23,461 nt of DNA from Octopus sinensis (GCF_006345805.1 NW_021836581.1:1-23461), one strand, 5' to 3'; shown: positions 10,162 through 21,206, numbered from the stretch's first letter. Program-made: numbers and translations. The notes: generated by a model from the letters alone, not told the origin.

Positions 10162-10630
10162 TAGTGCTTCTCAACCATTTTTTGCCTATAGGCCCCTTTG
10201 TTTCCTATTTTAGGCATTCGGTGTCAAAAACTTATATTTTTATGATTAAATGTTGGTTTCGTTTTTGGATTTGGTTTGCAAGATTCTTTATGTGAGTTCG
10301 TATATTGAAGCATATTTTGTTATGTCTGGGGAGAGTCATTCTCTTTTAGTGCCTTATTATTTAACACACTCACCGGTAAAGTGTGACTTAACCATTGAAA
10401 AGGTTGCGAGACGCAACGAAAATTTTAGGAAAAAATAAATGAGTGGAAACTTTACCGGTGCGTGTGTTAAACGAGAATGACTTCCCCAGACACAACAAAA
10501 TTAAATATTAAGAATTGTATAAAACATTGTTAAAATATATTGTGTTTATTAGAATTATAAATAGTTTGTTGTATATAAATTTTAACAAGAAACTCTTATG
10601 TGGACATACAAGGGTCATATGAACCACCGG
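10162..10630. mobile_element. hAT (Charlie-type terminus) MITE with long internal inverted repeats; right TIR missing
   Basis: Begins TAGTGCTTCTCAACC, close to the Charlie-type CAGTGGTTCTCAACC terminus. Internal inverted pairs are 10315-10343/10473-10500 and 10360-10382/10449-10471 (22/23). A central hairpin GTTGCG-AGA-CGCAAC lies at 10403-10417. Confidence 0.65.
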
Positions 10631-10633
10631 ACT

Positions 10634-10916
10634 TACTCTTTTACTCTTTTATTTGTTTCAGTCATTTGACTGCGGTCATGCTGGAGCACCGCCTTTAGTC
10701 GAGCAAATCGACCACAGGACTTATTCTTTGTAAGCCTAGTACTTATTCTATCGGTTTCTTTTGCCGAACCACTAAGTTACGGAGACGTAAACACACCATC
10801 ATCGGTTGTCAGGCGATGTTGGGGAGGACAAACACAGACACGCAAACATATACACCACATACATACAGATATATGTACAATATATATATACAACACACAC
10901 ACACACACACACACAC

Positions 10917-10966
<50 letters not shown>

Positions 10967-11130
10967 CATATATATATACGACTGGCTTCTTTCAGTTTTC
11001 GTCTACCAAATCCACTCACAAGGCTTTAGTTGGCCCGAGGCTATAGTAGAAGACACTTTCCCAAGGTGCCACGCTGTGGGAATGAACCCAGAACCATGTG
11101 ATTGATAAGCAAGCAACTTACCACACAGCC
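10634..11130 (-). mobile_element. tRNA-headed SINE, family B, near full length with expanded internal microsatellite
   Basis: Reverse complement aligns with 15268-15677, including a B-box-like GGTTCATTCCC and CCTTGGGAAAGTGTCTT (similar to the CORE-SINE GACCTTGGGCAAG motif). Internal (CA)n/(TA)n lies at about 10845-10980 and the tail is (TAAAAGAG)n. About 11 nt of the head is missing. Confidence 0.9.
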
Positions 11131-11132
11131 TC

Positions 11133-11420
11133 TCGACAAAATCCCTTGATTAGGGTTTTCTCGATACTTCTGCTTCATTAAAGTTTTCTCCCCAAATTCC
11201 CTTAATTCAAAAGCCCTTTGGTTAATATTTTCGACGAACCTTCCTTAGTTAAAGAATTTCGACAAAACTTCTTTTGGGTAAAAGTTTCCGAAAAAAATCT
11301 TCATTAAAGTTTTTTCGATAACGCCCTGTAAAGATTTTAGACAAAATCTCCTTCGATAAAGTTTCTTGACGAAATTCCTTAGTTACAGTTATCGGATCCT
11401 CTTCTGGCTTAAATTTTTAT
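11133..11420. repeat. Degenerate 28-bp tandem array (about 10 units)
   Basis: Units start at 11133, 11161, 11189, 11231, 11259, 11287, 11315, 11339, 11366 and 11392. Approximate consensus TCGACAAAATCCCTT(N4-5)TAAAGTTTT. Confidence 0.8.
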
Positions 11421-11502
11421 TCACAAACATACTTTTGAGCTCTTTCTCAAAATATTATCAATCGAAATCATGAATGTAACGCGAACTTAAAAATTCTCTG
11501 TA

Positions 11503-11708
11503 ATGTAGACACAAAGCCTGGAATTTTGCGGGAGATGTCTGCTCTATTACATCGACCCCAGCGCTCAGCTGGTATTGATTTTATCGACTCCGAAAGGATG
11601 AAAGGCGAAGTCGACTACGGCGGAATTTGAGCTCAGAACGTAATGCCGGAAGAAATGCTGCTAAGCATTTTGACCGACACACTAATGATTCTGCCAGCTC
11701 GCTATCTT
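11503..11708 (-). mobile_element. SINE family A
   Basis: Aligns with 313-529 and 11718-11937; A-box-like TGGCAGAATCA and B-box-like GAGCTCAAATTCC on the minus strand. Confidence 0.85.
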
Positions 11709-11717
11709 GAGGATGTA

Positions 11718-11937
11718 AATAATGATTTCAAATTTTGGTACAAGGCCGGTAATTTCGAGGGCGGGGGTTAGTCGATTACATCGACTCCAGGAGCCAACTG
11801 CCACTTAATTTATCGACTCCGAAAGGAAGAAAGGCAAAGTCGACCGCGGTGGAGTTTGGACTCAGAATTTAAAGTCGGAAGAAATGTCGCTAAGCATTTT
11901 GACCAACGCATTAACGATTCTGTCAGCTTGCTGCCTT
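11718..11937 (-). mobile_element. SINE family A
   Basis: Full-length copy directly adjacent to the previous one in the same orientation. Confidence 0.85.
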
Positions 11938-12404
11938 GAAGACACATATAATGAGATATTACCCCTCATCTTTTTAGTTATTTTCGTGCGTTAGGGTTAA
12001 ACTTTTTCTTCAAGGACTTATAAAATTACATCACACTTTGTCAACCCATCTGTTATTTTTATATTTACTGTTAGCTCAACCTTTAGTATTTTAATTCTAA
12101 CGGACATTCGTTTTTGTTAAACAAATGTGGTTTAAAATATAAAGTATTGTGGCTGGTTAGAAATAGATAATGATGATTTAAGAGGATTAAAGTAAAGAAA
12201 AAAAAACGAGAGCGTATGAGAGAAAAATACAGGGAAGAAAATGAAAAATATGACCTCGAAGCGACACACGTAGAAAGTGAGAGAAGAGGAGAGGAAGAAA
12301 GAAAAAAGAAGAGTAAGAGCGAGAAAGGGAGAGGGCGGTCAATAATAGTTTTCTTGTTGGTTTGTTTTCTTTGTCTTACATTTGTTTTTTTTCTCCCACT
12401 CTAA

Positions 12405-12435
12405 CCTTCTTTCTTTCTTACTTTCTTTCTTTCTT

Positions 12436-12470
<35 letters not shown>

Positions 12471-12544
12471 CCCTGTCTGTGTCTCTCTTTTTCTTTATAT
12501 TTTTTCCTTCCTTCTCTTTTTTCCACTTTCTTTCCTTCTTTCCT

Positions 12545-12587
<43 letters not shown>

Positions 12588-12655
12588 CTCTCTCTCTGTG
12601 TCTCTCTCGCTCTCTTTCTTTCTTTCGTTCTTTCTTTCTAGCTCTTCTTCCTCGT
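12405..12655. repeat. Pyrimidine-rich compound microsatellite (TTTC)n/(TCTG)n/(TC)n
   Basis: Directly visible. Confidence 0.95.
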
Positions 12656-13160
12656 CTCATTTATTTTCCTTCCTTTATCATTCACCAATACATCCATCAA
12701 CCCATCGACCAATCAAAACCGTTCCAGCAGTGACCATTCCGTCTCTTTTTCTTTTTTATATTTTTCATCAGACATAAGTGTATCTAGGTATATACATTAC
12801 CAATCAACCACCAAACCATCCACCCTAATAACCTATCTATTCCAGCACCACTCCAGCAATATAACCGTTCAACCAACCAAACACCCCACCCACATACCTA
12901 CCCGCCCACCCAAGCATTCTTTACTTTATTCCCTCTCCATCCCAACCTCATATGGCTTTCACCCCACCACGAGTCCTTTACACCTCCCCACCTTTGTCCT
13001 TAAACAATTCTGCGACATTCATTTTAAGTTAAACAATGATAAGTCAGGTTTTCACTCAAAGGTTGGCGCCAAGTTGCTATTGTTGTTGCTGTAGTTGTTA
13101 CTGTTGTTGTTGTGGTAGGTGTCTTCTTGAAGCATACGAATCTGCTATGGTTTTTTTTTT

Positions 13161-13200
13161 GGAAGAGCGAGGCCCAGTGGTTAGAGGTGTTCGGCGTTTC
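13161..13200 (+). mobile_element. Degenerate SINE head fragment (A box only)
   Basis: GGAAGAGCGAGGCCCAGTGGTTAG resembles the heads at 9357 and 22656; no clear B box. Confidence 0.3.
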
Positions 13201-13310
13201 AAGTGAAACTAGTTTGCATTGCAATCTGCGTATCAAGGCACATCATGAGGCGGAGATAGTTTTAATAAATTATGAATTTATGTTGTATGGTATTTTATAT
13301 ACCTGCATTT

Positions 13311-13630
13311 CTATGTATGTATGTATGTATGTATGTATGTATGTATGTATGTATGTATGTATGTATGTATGTATGCATGCATGTATGTATGCATGTATGT
13401 ATGTATGTATGTATGCATATATGCATGCATGCATGTATTTATGTATGTATATATGTACGTACGTATGTATGTATGCATGTATATATTTATATATATATGC
13501 GTCACACACACATGCCACCACCACCACACGCACACACGCTACCACGCACACACACACACACACGTTACCGTACACACGCTATCACACACACACATGCTAC
13601 CACATACACATGCACACACACATACACGCA
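13311..13630. repeat. (TATG)n followed by degenerate (CA)n
   Basis: Directly visible. Confidence 0.95.
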
Positions 13631-13838
13631 AGTACCAACCATTCTTCACACTCTCCTGTTCCTAAAAGCACTATTCTTTTTGTCCATCTACTTCTGGTCA
13701 TATTAAAAACGTAACTACACGTGGACAGTTGGCGATTTTTTCTTTTATATGATGTTGCTGAAAAGATTTCTTTTGTTTATACTGACCATGGAAGCAACGA
13801 GGTTTTTGGTGCTACTCTAGTCCACTTTTACGTTATTT

Positions 13839-13892
13839 TATTGAATATCTTACAGAAACTACGAGCTATTGAATATCTTACAGAAACTACGA
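13839..13892. repeat. 28-bp tandem duplication
   Basis: TATTGAATATCTTACAGAAACTACGA occurs at 13839 and 13867. Confidence 0.9.
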
Positions 13893-14245
13893 TGCTTATT
13901 TATAACGCTCGGAAAACCTCTGGCATCTTAACCACAAACATTTAAACTACAGGAAGGATTCTATCATGATATTTCGTTTTTGATCTTGCATTTATAAATA
14001 TTAGTGTTGTTCTGAATGTAATATATTCTATCTTTGAATCCTCTGTACGTATATTAAGGTAATTCTAATATTGAAGAGAAAGATGAGAAAGTTCTTCCTC
14101 AGCGAATAAGTTTGTTATGCGCTTACTAATGTTATTAAATAAATTGAATTAATAACCACATCGCCCGCCATTCAGCCGCATTAATGTCTTAAAAATGGAG
14201 GATATACACTGGACAATGAAGTTTTAGATATCCCTAAACATCGAC

Positions 14246-14310
14246 GGTCATGACTGGAATATCTTTGGTAATAGATCAGTTTAATGAATGTTGATTGAGG
14301 CTAAAACACC
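14246..14310 (+). mobile_element. Fragment of dispersed repeat family D (3' end)
   Basis: Similar to the reverse complement of 5540-5612; ends GGCTAAAACAC. Confidence 0.35.
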
Positions 14311-14364
14311 CACCACTAACTGAGAGCCCATCGAGTCAACCAAGGATAGACGTATATGGATGAT

Positions 14365-14365
<1 letters not shown>

Positions 14366-14396
<31 letters not shown>

Positions 14397-14425
14397 TATT
14401 ATATATAGATATATATAATTATATA

Positions 14426-14474
<49 letters not shown>

Positions 14475-14600
14475 CATTATATATAATACATACACACACA
14501 CACACATATATATATATATACATATATATGTAGATACATGTATAATGGATGTATGTATATATACATATGTATTATAATATATATATATATATATATATAT
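14366..14600. repeat. (TA)n-rich compound microsatellite
   Basis: Directly visible. Confidence 0.95.
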
Positions 14601-14614
14601 TATTTTATAGAAGG

Positions 14615-14665
14615 AGCTTCTACAGGACTAGAACTGTTTCATTCAGATGAAATCTCCAGGAAGCT
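14615..14665 (-). ncRNA. Type I hammerhead-ribozyme-like motif (variant core, possibly inactive copy)
   Basis: Minus-strand RNA: AGCUUC CUGGAGA UUUCAUCUGAAU GAA ACAG UUCUAGUC CUGU A GAAGCU. Stem I is a perfect 6 bp, stem III a perfect 4 bp, with GAAA, a GUA cleavage triplet and a 6/7 match to CUGANGA in canonical order. Stem II is weak. Confidence 0.6.
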
Positions 14666-14704
14666 GGCTGTCAAAATATATATGTATATATATGTATGTA
14701 TATA

Positions 14705-15013
14705 GGCGCAGGAGTGGCTGTGTGGTAAGTAGCTTGCTTCATAACTACATGGTTCCTTGGGCAAGTGTCTTCTGCTATAGCCTCGAGCCGACCAAAACCT
14801 TGTGAGTAGATTTGGTAGACGGAAACTGAAAGAAGCTCACCATCGCTTGACAACCGATGCTTGTGTGTTTACGTCACTGTAACATAGCGGTTCGGCAAAA
14901 GAGAATGATAGAATAAGTACGACGCTTACAAAGAAGTCCTGAGGTTGATTTGTTCGACTAAAAGGCGGTGCTCCAGCATGGCCGCAGCCAAATGACTGAA
15001 ACAAATAAAAGAA
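14705..15013 (+). mobile_element. SINE family B with two internal deletions
   Basis: Aligns with 15268-15677 but lacks the B-box segment (reads CATGGTTCC|TTGGGCAAG) and the central microsatellite. Confidence 0.9.
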
Positions 15014-15079
15014 TATATATGTATATATAGACATACATATATATGTATGTGCATGTACACATACACATGTACCTATATA

Positions 15080-15122
<43 letters not shown>

Positions 15123-15267
15123 CATGAATATATATTTGTATATATAGGTATGTGTGTGTGCGCGCGCGTGCGTGTGTCTGCATGTAACTATGAGTACAAA
15201 TGAACCTACATGTGAATAAAGACTAAAGAAAGAGGAAAGAAGGAAGAAAAGAGAGAATGTATACATA

Positions 15268-15677
15268 GGCGCAGGATTGCTGTGTGGTAAAGTAATCTTT
15301 GCTAACCAACCACATGGTTCCTGGTTCAGTCCCCTGCGTGGCATCTTGGGCAAGTGTCTTCTGCTATAGCCCCGGGCCGACCAATGCTTGTGAGTGGATT
15401 TGGTAGACGGAAACTGAAAAGAAGCCTGTCGTATATATTATATTATATATATGTATGTGTGTTTGTTTTTTGGTTGTCTGTGTTTGTCCCCTAGCATTGC
15501 TTGACAACGATGCTGGTGTGTTTATGTCCCCGTACTTAGCGGTTTGGCAAAAGAGACCGATAGAATAAGTACTGGGCTACAAAAAAGAATAAGTCCCGGG
15601 GTCGAGTTGCTCGATTAAAGGCGGTGCTCCAGCATGGCCACAGTCAAATGACTGAAACAAGTAAAAGAGTAAAGAGA
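15268..15677 (+). mobile_element. SINE family B, full length
   Basis: Head GGCGCAGG...TGTGTGGTAA, B-box-like GGTTCAGTCCC (15323-15333), CTTGGGCAAGTGTC, internal TA/TG repeat at about 15432-15480, tail GTAAAAGAGTAAAGAG. Confidence 0.9.
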
Positions 15678-15695
15678 GTGTTCTTGTTTTGTGTG

Positions 15696-16001
15696 CAGAG
15701 CCAGATTTACCACTGTACTAAGGTGTGCTTAAGTACAGGGACCCTTTGACTAGGGATGGAGGGCGTCTTCCTGTCCCTCACTAAATTTTTACGATGAATT
15801 TTTCAAATGTAAAGCTTTCAAATGTTTCTCCTAAAAGTTATAAAAGTGAAATTAGTAATGTGAACGCTTTTACGCGATATTTTTTAACATAAAGGGGCCA
15901 GGGCCAAATAAGGGTCTTCATAAGTAAGGCCCCCTTCCCCTCGGTAAGGGGCCTCATAATTTAACTAGCACAGAGTCTCATTTGTCCTAAATCCGGCACT
16001 G
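15696..16001. mobile_element. hAT-type MITE (306 bp)
   Basis: TIRs are CAGAGCCAGATTTA (15696-15709) and the reverse complement of TAAATCCGGCACTG (15988-16001), matching at 12/14. The flanking 8-mers TTTGTGTG and GTTGCGTG match at 6/8, consistent with a decayed 8-bp TSD. Subterminal GGGGCC/GGCCCC motifs are present. Confidence 0.75.
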
Positions 16002-16264
16002 GTTGCGTGCGTATATATATGTATAAATGAATGTGTACACCTGTGTACACCTGTGTATACGTGTTTGTATGTGGATGCGTGATAAAATGGCGATTTGAAG
16101 GAGAATCTGATCTGTGTTACCTTTACCATTCCGATGGCATTTTGGCATCATGTTTGTTGTTTTCTGGCTGGAGTTAGGAAACGCAATTAAACAAAATAAT
16201 AAAAGTTGGTCAAAGTTCTGCCAGTATTTAGTGAAAAATACACCGACGTAGACACATATACACA

Positions 16265-16610
16265 TCAGTTAGGGATACACATATACACCCATATAAACAG
16301 ATGTAGACATACATATGCATGCAAACATACAGACACACAGAGAGACATACACGCAAACCACACACACACACACATATGCACACACATACCAAAACGCAAC
16401 GGTAACTTCATCTACATGATCATACATATGTATGTGTATGTATGTATGTGTGCATATATGAATGAATATATGCGTATACATGTATGTATGTATGCATGTA
16501 TTATGTAGGTATGTATGTGTATACATGTATGCTTGTATATATGTATATATGCATATATGTATGTATGTATTTATGCATGTATGTATGTATGTATATACAT
16601 GTATGTGTGT
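16265..16610. repeat. Degenerate (CA)n and (TATG)n microsatellites
   Basis: Directly visible. Confidence 0.9.
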
Positions 16611-17059
16611 CCTGGTTATGATTTTAAATTGCATACACCATTGTGACCCAGGTTCAAGAGTTCCACAGATTTTAGGAGTGCGGATCCACCTGTTAGCCAC
16701 TACTGTTCACAACTATGTTCTGGCTCAGAGTGGCAGCATTAGCCGGGGTCCCAGCTTTGAGTTAACTAGAATGTGAACCATTGGGAGTGAAGATTCCCTA
16801 GTTCTCGTTAGAGCTTCCTTCTAGAAGGTAAACTCGTATAAAAAACAAACAAACAAACTTGAAGTGCTTTTGGTTTCTGGTGACGGCCTTAACCTTCGCC
16901 GTGTCTTGGTTTCATAGGTGTTTGTTTTGAAGAGTGGGTTTAGAGCAGAGCAGCACTTGAATCCATTCAAAATAGATTCGCACGCAGAAAATTCTTTGAC
17001 TGTTTATGGGTTTTAGAAGTGGTCTCACCCGGCCACAAGTCGACTTCCACCAGGCATAC

Positions 17060-17065
17060 GTGTGT

Positions 17066-17110
<45 letters not shown>

Positions 17111-17312
17111 GATTTGTTTCTATACATATCCATCCATTCATCCAGCCATACTTACATACATACACACATGTGCACACATATATACAAGCACACTCACATA
17201 CATAGATACATACATGCATACATACAAACATATATATATATCTATATCTATATATATATAAATATGTATATACATACACACACACACACACACAACACAC
17301 ACACAACACACA

Positions 17313-17359
<47 letters not shown>

Positions 17360-17380
17360 TACATATGCATATACATAGGA

Positions 17381-17415
<35 letters not shown>

Positions 17416-17770
17416 ATATAATATATAATTATATATATACGTGTATGTTATCGATATATTTATTCATATATAACCTTGTATAGAAATACAAATCTATATG
17501 AATATATGAATGTGTGTATGTGTATATGCATACATTCGAACACACAACCACACACACATATATGCATATATAGGATATTATACATATATATTTATATGTT
17601 ATGTCTATACGTTACATGCATGTGTGTATATATATATAGCGTGTATGGTATACATGATATATATTATATATATAGATATATATAGATATATATATATAAT
17701 ATAATATATATATATATATATATAGATCTATATATATATATATAGATGTATATATCTATACATACATATA

Positions 17771-17819
<49 letters not shown>

Positions 17820-17910
17820 TATGTATGTAGATATATAGTATATACATACACTTATCCATCTATCTGTCTATCCATCTAGCTATACATATATTCGTATATA
17901 TAGAAAATAC

Positions 17911-17945
<35 letters not shown>
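17060..17945. repeat. Large compound (GT)n/(CA)n/(TA)n microsatellite field
   Basis: Directly visible. Confidence 0.95.
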
Positions 17946-17948
<3 letters not shown>

Positions 17949-18181
17949 AATAGTAAAAGTGAAAAGACTACAGAAGGCTTGTTTAAAAGGTTAAAAAAGT
18001 ATATTTGAGTCAATAGTCTGAAGAATATTATAAATTTTATTCTTACATAACATAGTTTAGAAGAAACTATGTCATTGTAAGAAATAAATTTATAATATTC
18101 TTCAGACATATTGACTCAAATATATATTTTTTAACCTTTTAAAACAAGCCTTCTGTAGTCTTTTCACTTTTTACTATTTTC
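17946..18181. repeat. 236-bp near-perfect palindrome (foldback element)
   Basis: Arms are 17946-18058 and 18064-18181 with a 5-nt spacer AGAAG. They differ by about 5 single-base indels and a few substitutions. Confidence 0.95.
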
Positions 18182-18221
18182 CATATATTCAACCACGTGC
18201 TTTCACAAACCAACTTTCTCA

Positions 18222-19116
18222 TCTATATATATATATATACATGCATACATATATATATGCATATGTACATTCCTGTGTGCATATATGTATATATCTATGT
18301 ATTAGCAATTACCTAAATATGTGTATATCTATCTATCTATCTATCTATATGTACTCATGTTTATATGGCCATTTGTACATAGACTCACACACTCATCCCC
18401 ACACTCTCACACACTCACACACACACATACACACATGCACACATACACACTCACAAACATGTGTGTGTGTGTGTGTCTGTGTGTCTGTGTGACATGTTCT
18501 GAGGCGGAATTACAGATCTATTTTAAGAGATCCTCCTGTGGAACGACAGAAGGGAGCACGTTGACGTTTTAACTTCTACGAAGAGTCGGTCACAGTCTCC
18601 GCTAAAAATAGCAGTCTAGTCAAATCTGTTTCAAACTAAACTCCACAATCTTGAATCACTGGAAGGATCGATCGAGCAGATAAAATGTAATACAAGAATG
18701 GCGAAGTCTGGAATGGCTTTGATCACGTGTGTTCGATCAGAGCGGGTCCGTTGATCAGAGAACGACCACGACGACAACGACGAAGACAGCAACAGCAAGA
18801 ACAATAATTTCAACAGCTGTAGCAGTAAGAGCAATGATGGCGATGACAATAACGACAATAATAACAATATAATGATGATAACAACAACAACAACAAAGAT
18901 AAGCACGATAGCAACAACAACGATAGCAATATCAACAATAACAACGATAGTAATAGCAACACCTATTGAAAATTGCGAAGTTTGTAACGAAAGTTTTTTA
19001 TGAGGTGACTAAATATGTATGTGTGTGTGTGCGTGTGTGAGTGTGTGTGTGAGTGTGTGTATGTATGAGTGTGTGTATGTGTGTGTGCGTGTGTGAGTGC
19101 GTGTATGTGTGTGTGT
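18222..19116. repeat. Microsatellite blocks (TA/CA/GT at 18222-18490; AAC/GAC/AAT at 18765-18960; GT at 19016-19116)
   Basis: Directly visible; unique spacers lie between the blocks. Confidence 0.9.
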
Positions 19117-19139
19117 TACGACAAACACCAAGTACTTAC

Positions 19140-19213
19140 CTGGTTGCTGGAATAAGCTGAGCTGGTGAGGACATGTTGTTTGACGTCACTAAATTACCCA
19201 TCAGCCATTTCAC
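19140..19213 (-). other. Candidate 74-nt spliced exon
   Basis: On the minus strand, acceptor CTTGTTCTTCTTCGCTGTCCAG| and donor CAG|GTAAGTA. Only one frame is open (VKWLMGNLVTSNNMSSPAQLIPAT). No homology recognised. Confidence 0.3.
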
Positions 19214-19371
19214 CTGGACAGCGAAGAAGAACAAGTCCTCTCACCTCCTCATCACCTGTCTCCAGGAGCGGATGTTTATCGGACAAGGTGGAAAAGACAT
19301 TCACGAAAGAAAAACAGTTATCAAGAAGACGTGACTGTCGCGGGCAGACGACACAAAGAAATATGACTGAA

Positions 19372-20800
<1,429 letters not shown>

Positions 20801-21169
20801 ACACTATGGACCATCAATCAGTTGTTGGCTAGTGTGCTGACCTACAGAGTCATGTAGGGGTTGGGTAGTGAACTGGAAGGGACTCTATGGTGATGGTGGC
20901 GGCGATGGCAGCAGGGGCGGCGGTGGCGGCAGCGGCAGTGGTGGTGGAGGGGGAGTATGAAGGTCGAAGGCCGCATTTCCACCATTTCCACATCAAACCC
21001 CCCGCCACTTCATTTCCCCCCTTTACCTCACTGCATTCATCATCACTTTTGACTAAGGTCTGGCTCAATTACCTCCCTTGATTTCTATAATTAAATAAGC
21101 CGTCACTCACCTGACGTCGCTGTCATCTCCCTTTACTTTCACAACCTACCCCCGTCCCCACCACCGTTA

Positions 21170-21206
<37 letters not shown>

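Noticed and set aside
11133-11420. CRISPR-like appearance of 28-bp partly palindromic repeats
   Set aside because: Units are contiguous with no unique spacers, are highly degenerate, have no cas genes nearby, and the context is eukaryotic.
13721-13945. 74-aa ORF MDSWRFF...
   Set aside because: Starts at GTG, spans a frame-disrupting 28-bp duplication, and has no recognisable homology.
19173-19334. 53-aa + strand ORF MLFDVTKLPISHF...
   Set aside because: Short, with no recognised homology; it is antisense to the better-supported splice signals.
21105-21115. Perfect donor CAG|GTGAGT on the minus strand
   Set aside because: No upstream acceptor or coding-like sequence; a single 9-mer is not unusual in 23 kb on two strands.
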